A stretch of 64,000 bases of DNA, from the NCBI RefSeq assembly GCF_018977255.1, contig NW_024704743.1, positions 50,594,001 to 50,658,000 of the forward strand, written 5' to 3'. Source of the stretch: Callorhinchus milii. Lineage: Eukaryota. The notes under the pieces are model-generated. The model saw only the letters and a list, made by a program, of their open reading frames with translations, made no database searches and was not told the origin of the DNA. The translations under genes were made by a program, and so were the position numbers. Numbering within the stretch: position 1 is the stretch's first letter; every line of letters begins with the position of its first letter. Of this stretch, positions 1 through 11,910 are shown one piece after another.

Positions 1-501
1 CCAGTCCCTGAGCCAAGCAGCTCCATAGTATGCTAAGGCACTGCTGTCGACAGCCCAGCCAGTCTGGCTCATCGGCAGGACTTGGAAGAGTAGGCTAGTT
101 GTCTCCTGTTAGCCCTGCAAGACTATGCCCTAACAGGTAGTGTGTCCTAACTAGACAAGCAGAAGAAAGCTTTCAATGGCAAACTGTATGGTTTTGGCTG
201 GTTAAACTACAGTAGTACCTGAACACACACTCTGGGTTCCCCAAGTCTTGATGCTTGGCAACCTGCATCTAATACTCTTTTGAATTAGGTAAGCAAGATA
301 AGTACCTCCAGGGAGAGAGTGCGCATTCCCTTCCCTAACTTCCTCCTCGCTTGGCTTCCAACTCCACTGTGAAGCACTCAGAGATGTTAACCTACATGAT
401 GGGCTCTATATAAATGCAAGTTGTCATTGTAGATCATTTTACTTGAGATGACAGGAAGAATGCAAGTTCGCCCAGTAAAAGCAACAGTGAAATTGCACTA
501 T

Positions 502-572
502 AAACTGAATTCAACAAATGCCAAACACTGCATTTTAGAGTTGCAATATTTGGCATTTGTTGAATTCAGTTT
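502..572. repeat. Perfect 24-bp inverted repeat (hairpin) with a 23-nt spacer
   Basis: aaactgaattcaacaaatgccaaa (502-525) is the exact reverse complement of tttggcatttgttgaattcagttt (549-572). Confidence 0.92.
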
Positions 573-882
573 TTATTTCAAATCCCGTTTTCTGTAGTTC
601 TTAAAAGATACTTACAGAAAACCGGCTTCAAAATTAAAGACCAATTAAGAATTTGACAAATTCTGGATGGTCTGAAATGCTGCACTAACAGAGTAATTCT
701 AAATCCAGGTAGAATTTTATCCCACAAGTGTCCAAGTTCCTAAATTCTCTCCAGTGATCTTTGCTGGAAAAAATTGGGTCTTTGTAACAATTAAATCAGG
801 ATTACATATTTAATCCTTTATCCTCCCAAGGGCAATTAAGACAATAATAAAGCCTCGAGAAAAATGCAATTTGCTATAAAGT

Positions 883-1258
883 GGAGTCCGGTAGCAAATT
901 GGTTAGAGCACTCGCTTCACAAGCGAGAGGAACTGGGTTTGATTCCATACTCCTTAAGTTTCCTTATTCCACATGCTTCTGTTTACCTAGCAGTAAGTAG
1001 GAACTCTGTTGTTAATCGATTGGCAGATCCCTTTCTGGGGTTAATAATTTCTCCCCCACCGTTAAATAAATAAGTCACCTGGTTACTCAATGCACGACTG
1101 TTTGTGGGGTATTGCTGTGTGAAATTGGCTGCTACATTCCATCCTCAAAATATACAGTCAATTAACTAATTATAATATATTCTGTGAAGCTCTTTGAGAT
1201 GTCTCAATGATGTGATATGGCGCTATATCAAATGCAAGGATTATTATTATATTATTAT
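883..1258 (+). mobile_element. Near full-length tRNA-derived SINE (tRNA-like head, CORE-like block, Deu-like 3' part, L2-type tail with (ATT)n)
   Basis: A-box-like tggttagagca, anticodon-like arm ctcgcttcacaagcgag, B-box-like ggtttgattcc, tail gcgctatatcaaatgcaaggattattattat. A homologous copy lies at 38196-38558. Confidence 0.8.
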
Positions 1259-1295
1259 AAACACCAAAGCGAAAGTTCAGTAGCATTCCTCTTGC

Positions 1296-1449
1296 CTTTT
1301 TAAAATCCAGCCGACAAAGTTTGGCCTTTTCCCCAAACTGCCACTTGCACTGACTGTCAGCATCGTAGAGCTCTCCTGGCAGCTTGTCTGGGTATTTGTA
1401 CTCCTTCACAGGTTTCGGTTCATCAGCAAGACAAGTTGCTTGTGAAGTG
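1296..1449 (-). CDS. ADAMTS16: ADAMTS16 exon 10-equivalent (154 nt): TSQATCLADEPKPVKEYKYPDKLPGELYDADSQCKWQFGEKAKLCRLDFKK; end of the catalytic domain and start of the disintegrin-like domain
   Basis: Acceptor gttccacag|C. Homology ends at LDFKK, where the sequence reads AAG|gcaaga (GC donor). Confidence 0.9.
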
Positions 1450-1779
1450 CTGTGGAACAAAGTGGTTTCAAGAGATTGAGTGCAGTAATAACTGATGTTT
1501 ACACAGTAAAATACCTTTCACTGGTATGTTAGATATTAAAAAGCACAATTCATTTTCAGCTGACTAAAGTCATGAGTAGCAATGTTTTTCAAACAGATGT
1601 AAATGGTTGTGTACCAGGTTGTACATGCTTTGGAAAAGCATGGCATTTGCACACTTGTCTCTCATTTTCAAACTAGCAGGAATGTAACTGATTCAATTCA
1701 TCCTTCCTCCAAACCTTTCTTCATACAGGTATACTGTATTAAGCAATCATACTGTATAATCATCCTCTATACAAGATCA

Positions 1780-2150
1780 ATTGGCAGATCCCTTTCTTGG
1801 GTTAATAATTTCTCCCCCACTGTAAAATAAATAATAGTAACCTGGTTACTCAATCCACGACTGTTTGTGGGGCATTGCTGTGTGAAATTGGCTGCCACAT
1901 TTCATCCTCAAACTATACAGTCAATTAACTAATTATAATATATTCTGTGAAGCAAAAATAAATAAAATAATAATAATTTGAGCGCTCAATCCACAACTGT
2001 TTGTGGGATACTGATGTGTGAAATTAGCTGCTGCATTTTGCCCACAAAATATACAGTTCAATCCACTTTACAGTATATTCTGTGAAACGCTTTGAGACGT
2101 CTCAATGGCATAATAAGACTCTTTATCAAATGCAAGGATTAGTATTATCA
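1780..2150 (+). mobile_element. Two tandem 5'-truncated copies of the same SINE family
   Basis: The block ctgtttgtggg..ttgctgtgtgaaattggctgc...tattctgtgaa occurs twice; the second copy ends in tatcaaatgcaaggattagtatt. Confidence 0.75.
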
Positions 2151-4219
2151 TCATAAGATTCATATAGACAAAACTCTTGGTGCAAGAATTAGTTTTCAAT
2201 GTGTTGCAGAAGCCATTTGTTTTTATCCTCGTCCACACAACACTCTGAACTAAATGCTCAGCCACTGAATAATCTATTTTGGATGTTTGGCTTTACAGTA
2301 TTTTTATCCTGGCTTCCAAGTGTTTTTGTTGTATAATAGATGACATAACACGGTTAAGTCCGTCAATGGTAATGAGGAATATTTTATAAGACTGACTGAC
2401 TCTCGTAGTTACCGAGGTCATAGAAAGACTTGGGCCAGCTGTATCAAAGCATCTGGTTCACAAAGCATACTGTATGTTACAGCAAAGTGAAAGTCTCGCA
2501 ATGATGCTGCCAAAGATACAGTTCCATACACAGAAGTATATCCAACAGGATAAACCAAATATTATTGGTTCCCTATAACTATGAGTGTGGCGCACGTCAT
2601 GTGTGTAAACCTGCTAAATCATTCACTCAGTAATGTACTCACTATTGTAACTGCAAATTGATGGATGAAGAGTGAAAGCCATTCACACTGTGCTACCCAT
2701 CTGTGCAAATAGCAACATGCCTCAGAGACAATGCGTATGTCAAATGTAGGAGCAGTGGAGCAGGCGGAGGCATACGGCATATCAAACCTGCTATGCCATG
2801 TACTAAACAGGCTGTTGAGTTGTGCCACATAGGCTGCTGAACTGGACAAGATAATGCTTTAGGCTTGACCCAACTTTCTTAGCATTCAGTTTGCCTTCCA
2901 TTCAGTAACTGCGTGGTAATAACATAATAATAATCCTGACATTTGACATAGAGCCTTATCACGTCTTCGAGACGTCTCAAAACACTTCACAGAATATATT
3001 GTAAAGTGAATTGAACTGACATACCCATATGCAGAGCGTGAGAATATGGGGGCATTCTTGGCATTAGCTTGACCCTTAGTTTACTGGAGATCAAACTCAT
3101 CTTTTAAGGGACCGATTCCTCAATTTTATTACAAGTTGTGGAACATTTATCATCTTAATTGTTTCTACACAAGTTATTTTGTAATTCAGATCTTTATTGA
3201 TGTTTGTAGACACCGTACCATAATGCATTGTTTATTTCTACGTAATGCCTGGAGAATAGTTATTGCATGTAACATAACTAGGGTTGCTGGAAATCAATCT
3301 TTATTTATTTTGATTTTCATCAGACAGTAGATGATTATTCTTAATTAATTATTTTCCTTTATTGATTTTCAGAAGACAATAATTTTTGCACTTTGAAGAC
3401 ACACAACAGCAACAAATCAGCAGTCCTGACCTCTTCTGTTTCCGAAGTAAAAGTGCCTGTTTGGGACATTTGTTGGAGAGTCATTCTCACTACCAGTTTT
3501 GGGCTCAATGTCATATTCATACCAAAGAGGGTATCAAAGCACCTTTTAGGCTCCTTGTCCTGCTAAAGGTTGCAGCCACATTTTTAAAAAAAATTCTCTC
3601 AATTCTTTACTTGTCGTGCATCATAAAAATTAAATTGATTCTGAAATCAATGAACATTTATTTTGCAGTGCAACATTGCAAAAAATGATGAATATCAATG
3701 TTCACCCACACTTATCCAATCTAGGCAAGCCTAGACATAAAACATCTGTTATGGTAAATGTCAGATTCAGAAAGGCCGGTTTAATACCCCTCTATGGTAT
3801 GAATGTGACACTGAGCTTAGACTGGTACAAAGTTGCTAGCGTGAAGGGAGTTTTGAAAGGGAAGGAAAGTACTACTTGAAAACCAATAAAGTTTTAAATC
3901 TAAACAAACCAAGAGTCCTACATTGTTCGGTTCATTACTGCTGGAAACATGCTGGTCAGTTGAATAAATGCTTTCTGTTCAATGATTAATCTTGTATCAC
4001 TGCCTTGTGTGCAGCCACGGCTCTGAGTAATGAGGGTGTTCTAAGACTGTACACCTTTGACTTACCTCACATAGTTACTATGATTATGGTCAATTGATTT
4101 CTTTTATGAAACTGAATGGACAATTAAATTGATCTGCTAAGCTTTATTCTTCATAGAAAGCGAGGGCAGCTGGAAGCCTTGTTACATTCCTCAAAGCATG
4201 CAGTGAATTGAGTGTGTAC

Positions 4220-4357
4220 CTCAGAAAGCGATGCAGATATTGCCGACTGCAGGCTGACCATGAAAACACCCCATTGTGGCCTGCTAACGTTGGTGACATA
4301 ATGTTGCCCTCTGACTTCTTGCATACATTCCCTTCTCCGTCATGAATCATACCGAAA
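4220..4357 (-). CDS. ADAMTS16: ADAMTS16 exon 9-equivalent (138 nt): FGMIHDGEGNVCKKSEGNIMSPTLAGHNGVFSWSACSRQYLHRFL(S); third Zn ligand and Met-turn
   Basis: Acceptor ctctctgcag|T, donor AG|gtacac. Completes HESGHNFGMIHD, followed by the IMSP Met-turn and WSxCS. Confidence 0.96.
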
Positions 4358-6883
4358 CTGCAGAGAGAAGGGGCAAAGACAGAGAGTTCACAAATACTAT
4401 ATTTTTAATATGCACTTTAACACAATAAATCACAAGTAACATTTCTGCATCAAAAATCAAATATGTGTATAAGCACTCCACAGACTAATTGGGCTGAATG
4501 GCCTGTTTCCATGCTGTATCACGTTATGTAACTAAACATTTAAAAAATATAGTTATTTGGTCCTTGAAGACCAAACGATGTGTATATATATATATATATT
4601 GATATATATATATCTATTATCACTCCAACCCTCACTATTTTGTTCACGCAAGTTTACCACATAATAACAAAAACAGGAACTGCATTTACATAGTGCCTTT
4701 CATGCAGGATAGCATCCTGTAGAGTTGTACAGAAACAAGAATTGGACACGCTGCAAGGGAGAAGGGGAAGATAGCCCGGTCGAAGAGGTAGGTCTTCAAT
4801 GAACAGGAAGCCTCTCAGAAAAAGACATTTCGGCTGGAATTACAGTATTGTTCTGAGAGTTTCCAGGTAATTCTGAAAATTGGACCTGGAAATCTTTATT
4901 TTAAAACGAGAGAATACATAGAAAATTGACAGCATCAGATTCTGCTGTGTCCTAAAAGAGAATTGAACACTTCTGAACAGTTACAACTGACAAACGTTTG
5001 TTTGTTTGTGAACAAAATTTCAATCGGAGCATTTAGCTAGTGGGTTACAGTCCTCCAAAGGGAGTAAGAATCTAATTCTTTACTACTTGGTGAATGGATG
5101 CTTCGATTTTCTTGCATTGTAAATTAACCACTTGGACAATTGGAATGTCATTTCTTTTCATTACTAATGTGTCTGCATGCCTCTGTAAGTGCTGAAAATG
5201 AGATGAGGTGCAGAAATTTTCAATTACTTTCATGACAGGCACACTACGAGGCTCTCCCAATGGGGAGTTCTACCTTCACTTTAATTAGATTGTTCACTTA
5301 ACAATCTTCATTTCACTGCCATATCATGCCGGAGTGTATACACTTTAGATAATTAAAAAGCACAGTTATGGCAAGTTTCCCAGAGAAATGAGAAACAACA
5401 AATATTCCCAACACAATATTATAAAGCTTGTAAACCGTAGATGGAAAACGGTTTGACAAAAAAAGCCTCTATTTATTATATTTCTGTACAAACAATGCAC
5501 AACTGTCACGGTGTCAATTAATAGGCAGACTTGCCACGATAGTTTGAAAGAAAATGAAGAGAAACTGTTTTCCCCTCAAATGCTTTACTTGTCGAAAATC
5601 TTGTGCAACATGTTTCTATTTAACTTATTACTATGGCATGATTTATAGTTCAGTAAGGCACAACTGCCAGGGGTTTTTATTAACAAGTGTCTGCAGCAAG
5701 GAACCTGTTGGTAAGTGCTGACATGCGGATTAGCACTCCACAGGCACGTATCTCAGACTACGGGGCTCTGCCAGCAAGCGACAAATCTCGGAAAAAGTCA
5801 CTAACCATTTGTGACTGGGGCAGTCTCATCAAAACGTGAGAGGCTAAGGGTCTTAATAAAGCCATTTGTTGCATCCTTTCACATTCTGAACAGTTGGCAA
5901 AGAATATTGTTGATTAGTTAATTGAGCAATTTGCATTAAAATGAATGAAGAATTCTGCCAAATGATGGTGAGTGCACACATGCTGTTTCTTTTAAACAAT
6001 AGCTTTCAATTATTGAGCCTGACAGTGTGTGCTTAAACTGTCAAAGCTGCTCTCTCACACCGGCTCACTAACTCAGTCAAAACCAGCTGCTTCTGTATCA
6101 ACAGGGTTTGTCATTCAAACATAAACTGAACAAAATCCTCAGAAAGATAAAGAAAATAATCAGTAACATTCCCCACATAAGTTACTTGAAGATTAGGTTG
6201 TAGCTTCACATTCTCAGAGACCCAAAGGTTATCTTAGGCAGTGCAGGAAAACAAGAATGTACAATCTATTGTTCATTGGCTTTACTGCTTTACTCATATC
6301 CGCATTGGAGTGGAGAGGGAGGGGCTCCTATTAAAACATGAGAATCCCTCCAAATCTCTGACTGTCCAGCGCCTTGGGACGTCCTCCCCCTGTGAAAGGC
6401 GCTGTACAAATATAATTTTGTATTGTATTGTAGATGTGGGAACACTACAGTTGGGCGTATAAAGTTCATTGTATCGTGCACACTTTTGTTAGATTAAAAT
6501 GAGATTAACAGAGTTTTTGGAATAAAATAACTCCATCATAATACAGCCATACAGCCTGATATCTGCACTAATAGGAATACAACACATTGTGGATGTGAGA
6601 ACAGTGCAGGGTAATCACTAAATATACAATGTAGTGCAAACTAAAAACTTCCAAAAGGAATTATATAATAATAATTTTTGTGTTTCACATCGTGCCTTAT
6701 CATGTTGCCAAGATGTCTCAAAGCACTTCACAGGATATATTGTAAAGTGCTGTGACTGTGTGTATGTTTCGAGCAACCCTAATAGGACGTACAATGTCAG
6801 CTCTTTCACTCTCTCTCGGGTGTCCCATTTGCTCCATCCGCCCACTCCTTCTCCTTAAAGTGAATCGGTGACTGTCTCTGCCC

Positions 6884-6929
6884 GTGTGTGTGTGTGTATG
6901 TGTGTGTGTGTGTTTACGTGTGTGTGTGT
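6884..6929. repeat. (TG)n microsatellite, interrupted
   Basis: Direct reading. Confidence 0.9.
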
Positions 6930-7389
6930 CTCTCCCCCTCTCTCTAACTATAAACGCAACTGTATCAGATTGCTCCACCTCATGCTGTCGCATTCGTAAA
7001 TCAAGCCCAAATCAATTTCAGATACATGTCAACTGAAAATTAACAAAGTAGAAATTGACTCTGTATAACTGAAAAGGCAGTAGTTGAAAAGATAATAATT
7101 ACCTTGCATTGTAACTGGAGTCTACTAAAATAATAATCCTTGCATTTAATATTGTGTCTTATCACATTGCGGAGACATCTCAAAGCACTTCACAAGATAT
7201 ACTGTGTATTTTGTGGGCAAAATATGAACCCATGTTCCAAGTGTTCCAAACAAAGTTCTCAACATATCTGAGAATAGTTAGCATTATATCTCTGCACCAT
7301 ACAATTTGTGGTAAAATTGTTTTCTCTCAGACAGGCTGTGATCAGTGAAAATGATCTGGTGCAGAGCTGGTACTGAAGGATTCTGAATA

Positions 7390-7770
7390 ACAACAATAAT
7401 CCAGGATTTGATAGAGTGCTTTACCACATTGATGAAACATCTCAAAACATTTCACAGGATATACCGTAAAGTGACTTTATATTTGTAGGGAAAGGCGGTA
7501 GCCAATTTTCGCACAGCAATGTCTCACAAACATTTTACATCTTGATTCATTGAATAACTGAGATGGGACCTCAGTAATATCCAAAAGATGGCAACTCCAA
7601 CAATGCAACACTCCCAGTACTGCACTGGAGTGTCAGTATAGACCAGTAGTAGTCAATAAAGGTTGGCCACTACTGGTGTAGACAGTGAGCTCAAAGTCCA
7701 TATGTGCTGCTTCAACCCACAACCTTCTGACTCAGAGTTGAGAGTGTTACCAATTAAGCCAGACTAATAC
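7390..7770 (-). mobile_element. Deu-domain SINE, diverged
   Basis: aacccacaaccttctgactcagagttgagagtgttacca head, cagtactgcactggagtgtcag body. Confidence 0.7.
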
Positions 7771-10193
7771 CTGGCTGCCTTAACTAGCAAGATTCTGCCA
7801 ATGAGGCTTGAAAAAGTGTTCCTTAGGAAAGCAGTAGTGTTACTGATGCTACACTACCTGTCATGTTGTATGTTACATTTTCCTCTACGATAATGCACTG
7901 AAGTGAGATGTCTATCTAAATTGATAGCTTAAAAAAAAGCCAACTTGTTACTTTAAATAGGATATCACATTATTAAGATGCAACAAAAAGATGACTTTTA
8001 TTCATCAGTGCATGACAGACCACTTTATTTTAAGGAATAGGGGATCCTCTTCTATTGTCCTCAAATATTCCTCTCTTACATATGGTGTCAATGTTGAAGG
8101 CTGAGAATAAAGGGATTAAGGAGTTTATTGTTCCTCTCATTGCAAAATCAGAGTGCTTGCTCTCGAGACTTACAACCTTGGCATTTTTGACCATCACAAT
8201 CGCACAAGAAAACAAACCACTGCCCAGACTGATTCTGTGTGCCATCAAACTACAATCTAAAAGGAGATAAATTGCAATGCATTTTGGTCTATGGAATAAT
8301 AGCCACGTCATTCAGTTGTTGCTGGCTTTAATCCAATCTCTTTATATATTAAAAGTAAATGTCTCATCATTTACTTAGTGTAAAGTTGGGTGAACATTGG
8401 TGAAGGCAGGATTGGGTATAGCTATGCTGGCCCTGCTGAAGCTTGCTGTCAATGGTCACATATGAATAATGATCACATAGGCAACGATCCAGAGGGCACC
8501 TGGCACCAGTGAAACCTTAGCCAGTGGAGGTGGGGGGAGTCAAATGCCTTGACGAACAGGAGGAAAGGAGGGAGAACATTGATGGATTTTTTTTCATAGA
8601 AAAGCGCAAGTATTGCATTCCTAAATATTGAATATTTGATCTGGTGCTTGGATTGTGCTGGCTTCCAAGTAGACCTGAGGATTAATTCTAGTACAAAAAT
8701 GCTTTGGCATTTAAAACAGTGCAGGTCTCTGAGATGGTGGTGAAGAGCCCGAACTACTACAAAAATAAATCCTTCCAAGATATTATGAACACACGGGTGT
8801 TTAGAAAAGAATCACATTCAATACAAATAGCTTTGGTGAGATATAGTTTGTCACATTTACACAAACATTTTTTTTGTGTGCAAACATTTAAAAGGATACT
8901 GGTGTGAAAATGAAGAAAGGAGTTTGATGACACATCCAAATAAATACCTTCAAAACCAAATACTTATCCTAATGCATTTTTGCACTTAACCAAAAAGGAA
9001 CCCAAATGTTTAATGTGATTGTTTGAGCAATAAATACGGCTGTTTGCATTTTATCATCAACTCTTGAGTTATTCTTTTTTGCAGTTGGACCCATTTAGTT
9101 TCATCATGGAGTTTGAACCCGATGAAGACTCAGTGAGGATTACACTACTAACTGTGACATCTTCTGGCGCTAGGGAGGCAAGAATAGGTTTCCTGTTCCT
9201 GGCAAGTATTCAGTCATATCTAATGGTCTACGTAGGTATATGGAGGTGAGATAAAAGAGTATTGAGGCCAAATTTGATACCCTTTAGACAAGAAAACTGT
9301 TGGGATTTGCTGCTAAGGCTCACATATACGTTATGAACAGCCAACTCAGTGCTGTGCTGGATGTCACTAATCCCTGTAATTTGCATCAAATGTATGAAGA
9401 ATTCTGCTAACCTTCATGGTCCACTACTGGTCTACACTGACACTCTAGTACAGTGCTGGGAGTGTTGCATTGTTTGGAGCTGTCATTTTTCGGATCCCAC
9501 CTCAGTTATTCAATGATTCAAAAAGTAAAATATTCATGTCACTATTTGGAAAGAGAAGGGAGTTGCTCCTGGTGTCCTATCCAATAAATCTTCCAGATTA
9601 ATTAATTCACGGAGTAACTACCCAGCCCCATGTTGGGATTTTGGCTCAAGTCCAGACTAGTCCTCCTGTGCAGTGCTGGGGGAGCACGGCATTGTCAGAG
9701 GTTTAGTTCTAAATAAAACAAGGTGGACATTAAAGATCCCAGGTTTGGAGTGTCCTCTGGGTAGCAGAGAGGGGAGAAAAAAAGTAATCTTAAAGCAGTG
9801 TTTTAAATAAAAGAAAATGAAACAAATGCTTTCTGTTCAAATCTCCAGGAAAAAAGTATGAAATCAGACAAGAATTTGTAAAACAGTATTTATAGTTCCC
9901 CATTAACTGTAACCATTAATAGTAATCTGTACATGATCATCTAGGTATCAAAAGCTCGCTAATGATCTTTCCTTTGAAATATTTTCTATAATCGGTTTAG
10001 CTACCCGATCATAGCAGTGAGATATGAAATGGTTGTTTGAAAAGTGCAGCCATTGTACCATTCTTCACCACAGCACAAATCAGCTTATAACACGGTCGCA
10101 CTGAGTACTCCATTCCCTGCACATGTGCACAACCAGATCGCTTCCTTCCTGCAGCCCAACTTCTGGGACATCACCCTCAAGTCAATGTCAGGT

Positions 10194-10362
10194 CAATGTC
10201 ACTTCCTGTTTGCTGCACACATGCAAAGCAGGACGTGATGTCAGTGATCCAGAAGTCAGCCATTTTAACTTTCCGAACTAAAACAATGGCCAACGTCCGG
10301 GTCATCAGGTCGGCACCAGTCACTTCCTGCCTTGCGCACGCGGAGCAAATAGAGTGACATTG
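10194..10362. repeat. Imperfect palindrome of about 170 bp, MITE-like
   Basis: Terminal caatgtcact / agtgacattg are perfect; the internal arms tttgct..gcaaagcaggacgtga / tcacttcctgccttgc..agcaaa and gccatt / aatggc also pair. Confidence 0.7.
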
Positions 10363-10664
10363 GCAGTAACCCGATGGTTGAATTTTTTTTTTTAGCATGG
10401 GAATTAGCCGGCTGCTATATGTATCTATTGCTATAGCAGATTGCTATTGGTATTTTATGGATTCCAACCACCACATTATTAATGAGTCGCACTGAACATG
10501 TTTTGATACCTATGTATTTAATTAAGAGAGTTCAAAACGCACACATTCCTTCTCTCAAAACATAGAGCAGGCACAATGGAAGCTATTTTACAAGAAGACA
10601 TGACCTCTGACCGCACAGTAAGTTAAGCAACTCATTTTAAACTACGTACTAATAATGGGCTGCA

Positions 10665-11124
10665 CAACAACAACAACAACAAAATTACATTTATAGAGCG
10701 CCTTTCATGTCGGGAGGACGTCCCAAAGCGCTGAGCAGTCAGGTGTCGGGGCCCGAGCCCGGGGGAGGGGTGGTGTAGGGGTGAGGGAAGGCAGAGAGGT
10801 GGAGGAAGACCAAAGGCACGATCGAAGAGAAGGGTCTTGAGACCGATCTTGAAGGAGGCACAGGGGGGAAGTGAGGCGAAGAGACCGTGGGATGGAGTTC
10901 CAGAGTGTGGGGGCAAGAGGCTGAAAGCCCAACCACTGATGGTAGGGCGGGTCGGATGGGAAACATGGAGCAGGCCGGACTCCGATGACCAGGAGCGGAC
11001 AGGTTGGTAGGGAGTCAGTAGGTCAGAGAGGTAGAAGGGGGCAAGGCCATGGATGGCCTTATAGGTGAGGACGAGGATCTTGAACTGGATCCTCTGGGGG
11101 ATGGGGAGCCAGTGGAGTCGGGCA
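10665..11124 (-). mobile_element. L2-clade LINE, 5'-truncated 3' end
   Basis: ORF2 C-terminal motif LHWLPIPQRIQFKILVLTYKAIHGLAPFYLSDLL, then LAPTLWNSIP, a GC-rich 3'UTR and a (TTG)n tail. Confidence 0.9.
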
Positions 11125-11287
11125 TTGTCTTTCCAGCGCACATGGCTTCCAAGAAAGGATGCAAGATGCAGATCCCTCCTGCTCTCTCAATCATAACTTC
11201 TAAACTTCTAAAAAGAAGTCTCAAGACTTCAGTATCCGAGTGATACACCACCAGGCTAGAGAGGGCTCAACCCCTGCCCCTCCCACA

Positions 11288-11350
11288 TGTATGTATGTAT
11301 GTATGTATGTATGTATGTATGTATATATATATATGTACACACATATACAC
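11288..11350. repeat. (TATG)n-(TA)n-(CA)n compound microsatellite
   Basis: Direct reading. Confidence 0.9.
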
Positions 11351-11804
11351 AGCTCACCTCTTTAAGGGGAGCTGGGATGGGAAAGCCCTGAGGAGGACCA
11401 CAGTCAGTCCTCCGAGCAGCCCTAGCCCCGGGACCTTTGGGCCCCCTTTTACCCCTCTCTCAACTAGTTAGCGGTACCTGCTCACCTCTGGTCCTCATTT
11501 CTGATTGGCCAATGGACCTGTCAGACAAGCCAGATGAGCTAACGGCTCACTTGTCTTAAAGAAGACTGATTCTTGAACTGAGTTTTATTGAACCCTCCAA
11601 TTATATTTTGATACAATGCCTATGTCCCCCCCACCCCCCACCTTTTACTACTGTTGAAGGGGCGTTTCTCACTGAGGTTTTCGAAATACCTCCATTGTCA
11701 TTTTCAAGCGGTTACTCAGGTGACATCAGTGACTTCTATGAATAATAATCCTTACATGGTAATTGATGAACAGAAATCATAGCTAATGTAACAGATGATC
11801 TTAC

Positions 11805-11910
11805 TTGTGTCCAGATTCATGAGCAATGGTAAAGGCCAGTCCCAATCCTGTGTCTTCATTAATTGTACAACTGCGATATTTGCTGCACATTCCGCTGATA
11901 GGTGCAAAAC
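11805..11910 (-). CDS. ADAMTS16: ADAMTS16 exon 8-equivalent (106 nt): [34 protein letters not shown](N); first half of the zinc-binding motif
   Basis: Read manually. Acceptor ctccctag|GT, donor AA|gtaag. Start of HExxHxxGxxHD. Confidence 0.96.

Noticed and set aside
883..950. tRNA-Val-like gene (CAC arm)
   Set aside because: There is no acceptor stem or cloverleaf, and it continues directly into a SINE body. The same applies at 38196, 37880-37935 and 22966.
9115..9150. Second hammerhead-like motif (ccgatgaagactcagtgagg)
   Set aside because: It has CCGAUGA instead of CUGAUGA, and no GAAA core follows the short stem.
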